A stretch of DNA of 64,000 nucleotides from positions 29,311 to 93,310 of the forward strand of contig CAWJJC010000008.1 of the NCBI GenBank assembly GCA_963843145.1, in the 5' to 3' direction. The notes below the pieces were generated by a model. That model did no database searches. It saw only the letters and a list, made by a program, of their open reading frames with translations, and was not told the DNA's origin. Origin of the DNA: an uncultured delta proteobacterium. GTDB lineage: Bacteria > Desulfobacterota > RBG-13-43-22. This document shows, in pieces, positions 1 through 9,492 of the stretch. Made by a program: the position numbers and the translations under genes. The first letter of the stretch is position 1; each line of letters starts with the position of its first letter.

Positions 1-50
1 CCCCGGCCTGCCGGAAGGCGGAGAGACCCGGGGAGAAGGGGGGTTTACCC

Positions 51-1064
51 ATGATTCAAGGACAAGGAAATAAAACCTTGGCCGTGGCCACTTTTGCCGG
101 CGGCTGTTTCTGGTGCACGGAATCCGATTTCGAGAAAGTTCCCGGGGTAACCAAGGTCATCTCCGGCTATACCGGAGGAAAGACCGAAGCCCCCACCTAT
201 GAGCAGGTTTCCGCCGGCGGCAGCGGGCACGTTGAGAGCATTCAAGTCTATTATGACCCCCAGCAGGTCACTTATGAGCAGTTGCTGGATATTTTTTGGC
301 GGCACATCAATCCCACCGATCCCGGCGGGCAGTTCGTGGACCGGGGAAGCCAGTATCGAAGCGTCATCTTTTATGACGGTCCGGAACAACAGCGTCTGGC
401 CGAACAATCCAAGGAAGCCTTGAATAAGTCCGGCCAGTTCACCAAGCCTATCGTCACGGAAATATTACCCCTGGGTAAATTCTACGAAGCCGAAGAGTAT
501 CATCAGGATTATTACAAAAAGAACCCCATCCGCTACCGGTACTACCGCCATGGTTCCGGCCGGGACCAGTTCCTCCAGGAGACCTGGGGCAAGGAAACGG
601 CCGCCCCGGTTTCAAATCAGGCCTTCAAAAAGCCGGATGAGGCCACCCTGCGAAAACAACTGACGCCCCTGCAATTTAAAGTAACCCAGCAAAAGGGGAC
701 GGAGCCGGCCTTTAATAATGAATATTGGGATAACAAAAAGGAAGGGATTTATGTGGATATCGTTTCCGGAGAACCCCTCTTCAGTTCCCTGGACAAGTAC
801 GACTCCGGAACCGGATGGCCCAGTTTTGTACGACCCCTGGAGCCGGGTTCTATCGTCGAAAAAGAGGATAACAGCTTTTTTACGAAACGGACCGAAGTGC
901 GGAGCCGTCTGGCCGACTCCCACCTGGGTCATGTTTTCCCGGACGGGCCTAAACCCACGGGGCTCCGTTACTGCCTCAATTCAGCGGCCCTGCGCTTCAT
1001 TCCCAAGGAGAAGTTGGAAAAAGAAGGTTTTGCGAAATACCGGCCGCTTTTTGAAAAGAAATAG
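51..1064 (+). CDS. msrAB: Peptide methionine sulfoxide reductase MsrA/MsrB fusion (frame is open to the window edge, so the N-terminus may extend upstream)
   Basis: MsrA motifs FAGGCFW and AEEYHQDYY; MsrB motifs GTGWPSF, HLGHVF and RYCLNSAAL. Confidence 0.96.
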   Translation: MIQGQGNKTLAVATFAGGCFWCTESDFEKVPGVTKVISGYTGGKTEAPTYEQVSAGGSGHVESIQVYYDPQQVTYEQLLDIFWRHINPTDPGGQFVDRGSQYRSVIFYDGPEQQRLAEQSKEALNKSGQFTKPIVTEILPLGKFYEAEEYHQDYYKKNPIRYRYYRHGSGRDQFLQETWGKETAAPVSNQAFKKPDEATLRKQLTPLQFKVTQQKGTEPAFNNEYWDNKKEGIYVDIVSGEPLFSSLDKYDSGTGWPSFVRPLEPGSIVEKEDNSFFTKRTEVRSRLADSHLGHVFPDGPKPTGLRYCLNSAALRFIPKEKLEKEGFAKYRPLFEKK

Positions 1065-1468
1065 GTTGTTCGCCCTTTTGGGCGGGAGGCCACAATAATA
1101 TGTAAGCCACCGTCAACCCCGAATGGCTGGGCTGTCCCCACTCGTCACCCCGGCCTCTGGCCATCCAGGGTTGGGTGGCATACCCCCCCACACCCCCTAG
1201 GGGGGACTCAGTGTCTCCGGTCTCCTTCTTTATCTGATTGGTTGACTCAACAGGACTCCTACAAGTCCTTGAACCAGATTGCCCTCCCAGGAAACAATTT
1301 CCGTTAGAAATATTCCATCACAGGTAAAGCTCTCGTTAAAATAGAACCTCGCAATTGGAGTTAATGGTCTCTAAGAGTCCCAAGAACTGCGATGGGTGGC
1401 GTCGGATGTATTAGCCACTCACGCCCTGGCCTATACATCGGCATTTTGCATTCTTCTTACTGGGAATC

Positions 1469-1545
1469 TTACCTTTGTATGAGCGGTGAATATGATTTCA
1501 ACGGGGAGGCCCAAGCTATGCCGAATACATTGTAGGTGTTTCCGT
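1469..1545 (-). pseudogene. 3' remnant of a secreted-protein gene ending ...ASPLKSYSPLIQR*
   Basis: Manual translation; the tail resembles the LFLPLIQRN and LYLPLIVR ends of the two upstream genes; no start codon found. Confidence 0.4.
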
Positions 1546-1603
1546 CCTTTATTCTATCAAAGATCTCAAATAATCTTACCCAACAAAGACAGGTGCTTAG
1601 CCG

Positions 1604-1852
1604 CTAATTTCTTTGTATCAGAGGTAAAAACAATTTAGCCGAATAATGGAGGATGGTGCCGTTCCACCCGTCGGTAAAGACATTGTTGCCCGAACTCCCC
1701 CAGATGTCCAAAAGGGTATTTCCTTGTGGTATTGGATTTTGCCACTCCCAATCCCCTCCCACCGCTAAACGAGGTGCTCCGCATAGTAATAGGGCAGCGA
1801 TCAGTGTGCTTAGCCATAAAAAATGATAGATGTTTTTATTCCTGATCTTCAT
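1604..1852 (-). CDS. Short secreted protein or internally deleted remnant: signal peptide, one WEWQNPxPQGNTL..WGSS..GTILHY repeat, LFLPLIQRN tail
   Basis: ATG at 1852 after a GGGGGA RBS; hydrophobic N-terminus; forms the 3' third of ORF 1604..2347. Confidence 0.55.
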   Translation of the reverse strand: MKIRNKNIYHFLWLSTLIAALLLCGAPRLAVGGDWEWQNPIPQGNTLLDIWGSSGNNVFTDGWNGTILHYSAKLFLPLIQRN

Positions 1853-1879
1853 AAGTCCCCCTAGAGATTGATCGATTGG

Positions 1880-2226
1880 TTTGGATAAAAAAAGGTGATC
1901 CCTTTGTTCAGACCGCTTAAGGTTGCCATTGGTGTTAGTCCCGGTATTAATCCAGAGTCCGTCACAGATGTTATTGGCGGTGGTGTCATAACAATACTCA
2001 TAGCTAGTCGCCCCGCTGCTGGTCCCCCAAGTGAGAATGGGATTGGTGGGCTGCCCTGTTGTTCCGGTCCCGGGAGTGTATTTTTTGAAGGTTCCAGGTA
2101 AACCTACCTGGGTAGTAAAGCTCCACCAGGTTCCTCTGCAGCGAATGCCGGCACAATATTCAGCGTCAAAAGCAGCACCGTCGTGAACGCGAATGCGAGT
2201 AGCGCAAAGAATGTCCTGTAGTTCAT
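1880..2226 (-). pseudogene. Mosaic remnant: signal-peptide start (MNYRTFFALLAFAF...) joined out of frame to an FN3-like repeat (WWSFTT...LTWGTSSGATSYEYCYDTT)
   Basis: AGGAGG followed by ATG at 2226; the frame stops early; the overlapping frame encodes a surface-protein repeat. Confidence 0.5.
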
Positions 2227-2336
2227 CTTTACCCCTCCTTGGTCCTATGCTTTTGCTATTTGGTGTGGTCGCTGTTTTTGAAGAACTCGTACGCGTTCGG
2301 CGCGTCGTTGCCGAGCGCGTTGAATCTCTCGATTTC

Positions 2337-4271
2337 TCACCGCACAATCAATGGCAGATAGAGTTTGGACGGCGTCCATTCAACCGCTCCGATATCTCCG
2401 CCGGCGCCGAAAGGCCGTAGGATGCCGCGCTCATCCGTCAGCGGAAAATCCGAGCCCGAGACCCCGTCGATAGCAGGGCTGGACAGTTGCGGCAGGTGCG
2501 TCAACAAGGGCGCGCTCAAGCCCGTCGCACCCACGGAAGGACCGCCATTGAACGCGAGCGGGTTCAGCCGCACAGGAATATTGTTCTGGCTGCCGTTACC
2601 TCCTAGTCCGCAGGTCAGGTCGCTTGATAGGCTGTACTTGTCAGCGCTCGGAGTGGTCAGCGCTGCGCCGCCGCAGTTGGCGCCGCTGGGGCTGTCGCCG
2701 ACCATGCTGTTCTTGAGCATGACGGTGTTTGCAAAGACGGAAAGATAGTTGAAGACGCCCCCCCCGCTGCGACCCGCACGGTTGTTCTCTATCGTCACGT
2801 TCGTCAGGTTGCCCTTGCCGATATGGCTCGCATCCAATGCCCAGTTGTAGATGCCCCCGCCGTCCGCGGTTGCATTGTTGCCGCTGATGGTGGCGTTGGT
2901 CATGTAGAGCTGGTTATAGTTGAAGATGCCGCCCCCGCCCGCGATGTTGCCTGAAGCAGTGGAGGAGTTCGTGCTGATCGTCATGAAATTCAGGAACGCG
3001 CTCCCGGAGTTCAGCAAGCCGCCGCCCACACTGACCGCCGTGTTGTCGTAAATTATCGCGTTATCCATGATTAATTGGCCGCTCGAAAGAATACCGCCCC
3101 CGTCGCCGGTCGAAGTGTTGCCGTTGATGCTGACGCTAGTCGCGTTGATAAGGCCATAGTTCAGTAGACCGCCGCCGCTTCGCGCCCGGTTGGCATTGAG
3201 CGTGACGTTGGTAAGCCCCAGAAAGCTGGGGTCGATGTCGTTGGCAATGCCGCCGCCATAGCCGGCTGTAATGACATTGCTGCTTACGATCACATTTTGC
3301 AGGCGGAGATCGCCCGCCAAGTTGTGAATGCCGCCGCCCAGTCCCGAGAAGCTGCCCGCCACGGTATTGCCGCTCACGGTTCCGTTGGTCAGCTTAAGCG
3401 TGCCCGTGATGTTCTCGATGGCGCCTCCATTGCCGCTCAATGCCGAGTTGCTGGTTAGGTCAACGTTGGACAAGGTTACCTTAGCAGTTGCCCCACTGCT
3501 CGAGATGCCGCCACCGCCCGTCGCGGCTGTATTGCCGCTCAGGGTGCCCTGCGTTACGGTCAGTAGGCCGGCATTACGGATGCCGCCACCGTCGCCGGTG
3601 GCGGCCGAATTGTGCGTGAACGTGCTGTTATTGACCGTAAGCGTCCCCAAGTTGTAGATGCCACCACCAGAAAGGCCCGCCGAGTTGTCGTGCAGGTTGA
3701 CGTTGTTCAATGTGGCGCTGGCACCGCTGTCCACATACAGTGCCCCGCCATTCTCTGTCGTGCCGCCGCTGTTGCAGCCATGCACCTCGACGTTGTCCAG
3801 CTCAACGGTTCCGAACGTGATCAGGCAGCTGCCGCTGACGGCGGCACCGTGCGTCAGGGCCAGGTTGGTCAAGACCGCTTGGGTGCCGACGTTCACCTGG
3901 ATCAGTCGCGTGTTTCCCTGACCGTCAAGCACGATCGTATTGCCGCCGTTGGACCCGTCGATGGTCGTCCCGCTGACAGGAAAGACCACGCTGCTCAGCG
4001 GAATAGTGGCCGGCGCGTGGATGCCGCCGCAGTTGAAGGTGATCAGGCCCCCACCGGCCAGCAGACTGCTGAGTTGCACATCGTTGCTGCAATCTGTTAC
4101 CACCCCGTCTGCGCGGGCTATGGACGCCGCGCCTATGAACGAGAGCATGATTCCGGCGAAAAATATGGCGACTCTTGCTCCCCATAATCGGCTTGGTACG
4201 TTGGTTGTCCCCATATAGTCACTCCTGTAGATACAATTGGGCAGTGTTGATAGATACCCGTGAGCCGCCAA
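2337..4271 (-). CDS. Secreted beta-helix protein with Pmp-like GG(G/A)I repeats, a choice-of-anchor-Q-like C-terminal region and an LYLPLIVR tail (start probably about 4214)
   Basis: Many GGGIxN repeats; THLP..SSPAID..DERG..RP...DIGAVE motif; signal peptide ending IARA. Confidence 0.85.
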   Translation of the reverse strand: MAAHGYLSTLPNCIYRSDYMGTTNVPSRLWGARVAIFFAGIMLSFIGAASIARADGVVTDCSNDVQLSSLLAGGGLITFNCGGIHAPATIPLSSVVFPVSGTTIDGSNGGNTIVLDGQGNTRLIQVNVGTQAVLTNLALTHGAAVSGSCLITFGTVELDNVEVHGCNSGGTTENGGALYVDSGASATLNNVNLHDNSAGLSGGGIYNLGTLTVNNSTFTHNSAATGDGGGIRNAGLLTVTQGTLSGNTAATGGGGISSSGATAKVTLSNVDLTSNSALSGNGGAIENITGTLKLTNGTVSGNTVAGSFSGLGGGIHNLAGDLRLQNVIVSSNVITAGYGGGIANDIDPSFLGLTNVTLNANRARSGGGLLNYGLINATSVSINGNTSTGDGGGILSSGQLIMDNAIIYDNTAVSVGGGLLNSGSAFLNFMTISTNSSTASGNIAGGGGIFNYNQLYMTNATISGNNATADGGGIYNWALDASHIGKGNLTNVTIENNRAGRSGGGVFNYLSVFANTVMLKNSMVGDSPSGANCGGAALTTPSADKYSLSSDLTCGLGGNGSQNNIPVRLNPLAFNGGPSVGATGLSAPLLTHLPQLSSPAIDGVSGSDFPLTDERGILRPFGAGGDIGAVEWTPSKLYLPLIVR

Positions 4272-4851
4272 ACAGGTTACTCTGAAATTTCTTCCTTTTA
4301 TCCTTCAAGCATAAAGATAATATCTTTAAAGTACAATAGGGGAAAACATTAATTTTTTGGAAAAAAAACTGGTATTTTTAAATTCCGGAGCCTTCCCCCT
4401 GTAACTTCCTTTCAGAAAGAGCAGAGGGAGTTCGATCTGATTATTCGGAGGATCGTATAAATAGGAGGAAGTTCAATCTTTTTGCCTTGGTTTCAACGGA
4501 TTAGCGATTGAAATCCTTTTAAATGGCCCACCCGTTAAAAAAAGAGTTCAGGAAGATATTCACCGGATGACCTCCTAAGCCATTAAGAAGAGGACTCATT
4601 TTGCCCTTTTTACCCCCCAAAAACTCCCAGAGTTGTAACGGTAATCAACCACCAAGGCCCTCAGAGGTCCACTGTCAGTAAGGGTCATAGGCCGAGTTGG
4701 CCGACCTCCCTAAGAATAGTTCAAAGGCAAATAAATGGACTCCGGGATGGCCGGGGAAGGTTCCCGGAAAATATGGCCGGAAAGGTGGTTATCGGTCGAA
4801 AGGGGTGTTCCTAACTATCTAAAATATAATGATATTTAACCCTTCGTTGAG

Positions 4852-6627
4852 GTGAGTGGCGCAGGGGAGCTTCCCCCCTGCGCTCTCTCAGAACCGGACT
4901 TGAACCTCTCGACTCATCCGGCTCCCATCATCCAGCCGTTGGTTTCAATCCCCATTGCCAGTGCGGAAACAGCTCAGGTTGCCTATGGGCTATTCGCCCC
5001 AGCCAGTATACCGCCTTGGTCAGATGGCGTCTCAACCTTTTAAATTTCCTCATCGCCCATTTGACCAAAATATGGTTCAAATGACGTAAAGCGGGGTAGA
5101 GCGCTGATTTGTAAAAGCTCCCGTAGTAGTTTATCCATCCCCGGATGATGGGGCTGAATATTCTGGACAGGTCTTCCAGGGAAAAATCACTTTTCAAATG
5201 GAGATTCCAACGCCGGCTCTTTCGTCTCATTTCTTTACTGGCCGTGTTGCTTACGGCCGGACCAAAGTTGACGAAGAAATCCCCCCGGTGACTCTTGGCG
5301 AGTCGCGGCCGAAAAGTGAAGCCCAGAAAATCAAAACTGGTGACTGGATGATTTCCTCGGCGATTGCTGTCTTGACAGTACGCGATCCGGGTCTTTTCCG
5401 GGTGCAGTTCCAACTGACATTCCCGAAATCTGGAGGTCAGCTCTTCCTTCAATGCCAGGGCTTCTGACTCCGTTCGACAGTGAACAATCCCATCATCGGC
5501 ATACCGGCAAAAGGGCATCTCCGGATGGTTCCGCTTCATCCAGGCATCGAACACATAATGCAGAAAGAGATTGGCTAACACCGGGCTGATTACTCCACCC
5601 TGCGGCGTTCCTTTCCCTCGCTCCATTAAGGTGCCATCCTCCTGCTGAAACAGGGCCTTCAGCCACCTCTCCACATACAAGAGGATCCACTGGCTGACCG
5701 TATGCTTCTTCACCGCTCGCATCAGAAGTTCATGGTCAATGTTGTCAAACAGACCCCGAATATCGAATTCCAGCACCCAGTTATAACGCCAACAACGCTT
5801 CCGCGTTATCGCTACGGCCTGCAGGGCCGATTTGCCGGGCCGGTATCCATAAGAGTCGTCATGAAAATGTGGCTCTACCCCGGGTTCGAAATACAGCTTG
5901 ACCACCATTTGGGCCACGCGATCGGCCACGGTGGGAATGCCGAGAATCCGCTTCCCGATGCCATCCGATTCCAGATCTTGTAGAGGTTGTTCTTCAGATT
6001 CCTCTCAAAAACCGTTATCGACTCTCGGTCTACCCCGGCCGCTCCCTGGTTCGCTTTTACCTGCTTCCACGCCTTTACCACTACCCACTTGGAAATCTCA
6101 TACGGCTTCGCCTTCGACACCGGTTCCTCCCATTATCTGGTTGACCTCTGAGTCCGGCTGGATAATCCACCCCCTTCGCTCCAGGCCCATTACGGCCCTT
6201 CATCGCTACTACGGAGTGGTCCGCCCCTGTGTTCCGCTTCGGTACTCTCATTCTTGTGGGTCCTCCACTTGAATTTCTCCCTTATCATCGGAACGACAGG
6301 TTCCCACGTTGCCCATGAAAGCCTGAATCAAGTTCACGCCGCCTCCATACCGGATGCCATTCAGCCTGTAAACAGGTACCATCTGAACTTATCCCGAGAC
6401 AGTGAAACCCCTCGGTTTTGACATCGCCTTTTAGTTTTCGACACGTGATCAGCGGTTCACTCTTGTTCGTCTCCTTGATTCTTACCTGACAAGGTCTCGC
6501 CCTGCCTTTTCCTTAACGCTCACCACAAGGGCTCTTTACCCCTGCAGCTTAAGGTGGTTTGGAGCCTGTTCCTGTAAACCGACTCCGAGGGGCCTACCCT
6601 CATCTTTCACGCGCCTTCGTGGCGCAC
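4852..6627 (-). mobile_element. Group II intron, bacterial class D (RmInt1-like), with both RNA ends present
   Basis: 5' GTGCG at 6627; domain V GAGCCGGATGAG..GAGA..TCAAGTCCGGTTC at 4924-4891; domain VI hairpin ending ACTCAC; candidate EBS1 UUUCACU (6407-6401) pairs with exon IBS1 GGTGAAT; exon +1 is C. Confidence 0.92.
4928..6120 (-). pseudogene. ltrA: Group II intron reverse transcriptase/maturase without En domain, frameshifted by an internal deletion at about 5950
   Basis: KANQGAAGVD, GTPQGGVISPVLANLFLH, YADD, FDFLGF and IRGWINYY motifs; split over ORFs 5875..6120 and 4928..5929. Confidence 0.93.
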
Positions 6628-6779
6628 ATTCACCTACTAATCATTTTCGGCGACATGTGCTTGAATCAGCAATTACCATTCGAAAGCGGTTCCCGGCCTA
6701 TTATCCTCGGCCCTTCCCATCCTGGTCGCTACACCCCCTCCATAACCGCTTTAGCCAACTTCACCCTATCCTCTATCAA

Positions 6780-7491
6780 TCAAAGGTATTTCCCGCGGTC
6801 CTCCAGGAACGACTTATACACCCGGTAATAATCCGTTTCCTCATAGGGTATGGGGGCAATCCTATCGCCGTCGAAGGAGTAGATGACCGCCTCCGGGCAG
6901 GAAAGCAGGATCGGGGAATGGCTGACCACAATAAACTGGGCGTGGCCTTCCCGGGCCATCTGCCGGAGAAGCGCTAAGAAGGCGATCTGGGTTCGCGGGG
7001 AAAGGGCCGTTTCCGGTTCGTCCAGGAAGTAAATCCCTTCCCGCAGGTAGCGCGCCCGGGCATAGCCCAGGATGGCTTGGCCATGGGACTGAGACAACAG
7101 GGACTCCCCCCCGAAGTAATCCAGGAGTCGGGGATCCGCCGTGGCCCAGTCATCGATGCATTGGGTGTGGTATTGAAAATTTTCCGCCGAGAAAAAGGCC
7201 CCGGGCTTAACGCCGTTTTTCCAGCTTACTTCGATATATTTATAGAGGGACTTCAAATACGGGTTGCGGTCTACCCGGCGTTTTTGAATGTCTTCCCAGA
7301 TATGGACGCCGCAGCGTCGGGTGATGGCTTTAAGCAGGGTGGACTTCCCCGTTCCGTTTTCTCCGGCGAAGAAGGTTATATTCGTGGGGAAGTCAATCAC
7401 CGCGGTTCTTTGGAAAGCGGTCAGGTTAAAAGGGTACAATTCTTGAACCGGGTAGCGTTCAGGGTGGAGTAGTCACTTTTTCAATATGCAT
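6780..7491 (-). CDS. AAA/ABC-type ATPase (COG3910-like); probable 1-nt frameshift near the start
   Basis: Walker A GENGTGKST, SHGQ signature, LDEPETALSP; ATG at 7491 is out of frame by one base. Confidence 0.85.
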
Positions 7492-7505
7492 GCCCTAATC
7501 GCTCC

Positions 7506-8909
7506 TTAGAAAATTTCTGCCGAGAAAATCTGGATTTTAGTCTGCTTATCCTTCCAGGCATCCCGGGGAAGACCGGCCTTGAGGCAGGTATGCTCCAAAA
7601 AGGTCTGGCGATCCCAATGGTATTCGGTGGCTACCTGGGGAAGCAGCAGGCCGGAATAGCCCCCCCTTTCAATGAACAGACCATGCCGGCCGACCTCGAT
7701 TTCCTGGATGTCCTGAATGGGACGAAAAGGGGTCAACACGGAGATTTCGATATCCAGGTCCTCCAACTCATTTTTGGCCAGAGGGGGGAACCGGGGGTCC
7801 TGAAAGGCGGCGGCCTGGGCCATTTCCATGATGGTTTGGCTTAAGGGTTTAAAGGCCTGGGTGTAACCGATGCAGCCCCGGAGCTGACCATTCCGCTTTA
7901 AGGTCACAAAGGCCCCCCGCTTCTCTTTGAGTTTCCGGGTCTCCCCTTCGAGCGACGGCCAGGGTTTGCCGGTCAATTGGTGTTCAATTGCCTCGCGGGC
8001 GCTTCTAAGAAGAAAAGCTCTTTCCTCCGGCGAATAACCCTCCGGTTCCTCTTTTACCGGCTTTCTTTTCCCCGGGTTTTCCCGGCGAAAGAAAGCCGCG
8101 GCCAGATAGCCCACGACCCCGGATCGGTCGCCGGTCACGTCGCCGGAATTGGCATAATAGAGGACTTTGGATTCGGTGGCCCCTAAAAGCCTGGCGGTTT
8201 TCATCACCGTGACTATAGGTCCTCCCCCACAGGCTTCCACCCGGTCGCCCTTCAGATCCTGCATCAAACCCGTCTCGTCAAAGGCGGCCACGCGATCCAG
8301 CACTTTTTTATCCAAATTTTTGGCCTGGTCATAGGCATGGAAATGGGACAGGTCGCTGCTGGCCAGTAGCAGGACTTTTCTTCCTTTCAAAACTTGAGCC
8401 AGGGCCCGGGCCATTTCCTCCGAAGTCTCTTCGTCCTGGGAGCCCTGGATGATGGCCGTTAAAGAAAATTCCTGGAGCGTCTCCTGGAGGAAAGGAAGCT
8501 GGATCTCCAAGGCATGCTCCTGGGCATGCCCCTCGGGAACATAACTGAAGACAGTGCTCTTCTCCATCAATTCCCGGGAGAGGGCTTGATCGACGGAGAC
8601 AACGCCCAGCGGGGTTTCGTATCCGGTTTTCTGATCGATGGAAGCCCCGCGAAAAGCATGTCGGTGACTGGGGGCCACAATCACTACCTGCTCAAAGGAT
8701 TGGGTAGTCAGGAGTCTGTACGCGTGGGCCGCGACCCCTCCGGAGTACTGATATCCGGCGTGAGGGGATATCAAGGCCACCAATTCCCCGGCGGGGGAAG
8801 TGGATTCCGGCACCGCCTTTAAAAATCCTTGGATTTGAGAACGCAGACTGTCCGGGCGGCCGGGGTACCAGCTCCCGGCAATAATGGATTTTCGAATATC
8901 TTCTTTCAT
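7506..8909 (-). CDS. amrB: AmmeMemoRadiSam system protein B (Memo) - protein A (AMMECR1) fusion
   Basis: PHAGYxYSG, EHALEIQLPFLQ, SSDLSH and VVGY motifs, then GAFVTL..LRGCIG, DPRF and GLLLPQV. Confidence 0.93.
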   Translation of the reverse strand: MKEDIRKSIIAGSWYPGRPDSLRSQIQGFLKAVPESTSPAGELVALISPHAGYQYSGGVAAHAYRLLTTQSFEQVVIVAPSHRHAFRGASIDQKTGYETPLGVVSVDQALSRELMEKSTVFSYVPEGHAQEHALEIQLPFLQETLQEFSLTAIIQGSQDEETSEEMARALAQVLKGRKVLLLASSDLSHFHAYDQAKNLDKKVLDRVAAFDETGLMQDLKGDRVEACGGGPIVTVMKTARLLGATESKVLYYANSGDVTGDRSGVVGYLAAAFFRRENPGKRKPVKEEPEGYSPEERAFLLRSAREAIEHQLTGKPWPSLEGETRKLKEKRGAFVTLKRNGQLRGCIGYTQAFKPLSQTIMEMAQAAAFQDPRFPPLAKNELEDLDIEISVLTPFRPIQDIQEIEVGRHGLFIERGGYSGLLLPQVATEYHWDRQTFLEHTCLKAGLPRDAWKDKQTKIQIFSAEIF

Positions 8910-9015
8910 GATTATCCTCCTGGTGGATGGTACGGTGGAAGGGTTCTCTCCCGGGTAGGTCAGAGGGCCTCCGAAGACCGGAACCCCAGCAGAGCAACCA
9001 TCAACCTAATGGTTT

Positions 9016-9387
9016 TCATTCCCAATGCCCGCGGACCCAGGCCCCTTCCGCTGTAGAATACCCAGGAACCCAGCGTGTCGGATGGCCTTTCTTTCTCTCC
9101 AAGCGCCCCGGCACCCAGCGGTTCCCCTGCCAGTGCCCCGGAACCAGGACCGTTCCCCGTACCGGTCCCGGAAGCGGCACCGGGGGTGTCAGGATGGGGG
9201 GTCCGGGGAAAAGGGACCGGGCGCCGTTCTTCAGGGGATAGGCCTTCTTTTTCGAGGGTGACGGCAATACCGGTCTTCCCAGAGGGCCGGGCGGCTGAAC
9301 GTTATTTTCAGCGGAACCGAAAACGGCCAGTCCCCCGATCAACAGCCCGCCGATCACAATGAATAAAAGGCCTCTTCCCCTGTCCAT
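9016..9387 (-). CDS. Small exported proline-rich protein with WxxGxW-type repeats
   Basis: Signal peptide; repeats VPGHW, WVPGRL, WVPGY and WVRGHW. Confidence 0.6.
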   Translation of the reverse strand: MDRGRGLLFIVIGGLLIGGLAVFGSAENNVQPPGPLGRPVLPSPSKKKAYPLKNGARSLFPGPPILTPPVPLPGPVRGTVLVPGHWQGNRWVPGRLERKKGHPTRWVPGYSTAEGAWVRGHWE

Positions 9388-9492
9388 GGTTCATCACCCG
9401 CGATAGTTACGGAGGACGGCAGCCCTGAATACCGTTCGAACCGCGATATGTTCAGTATAACACGATCAGGATTCAAGATGAAGATCTACCGA

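Noticed and set aside
4540-4715. c-di-GMP riboswitch upstream of the beta-helix gene
   Set aside because: Only weak partial resemblance; the GAAA tetraloop and GCAAA core arrangement were not found
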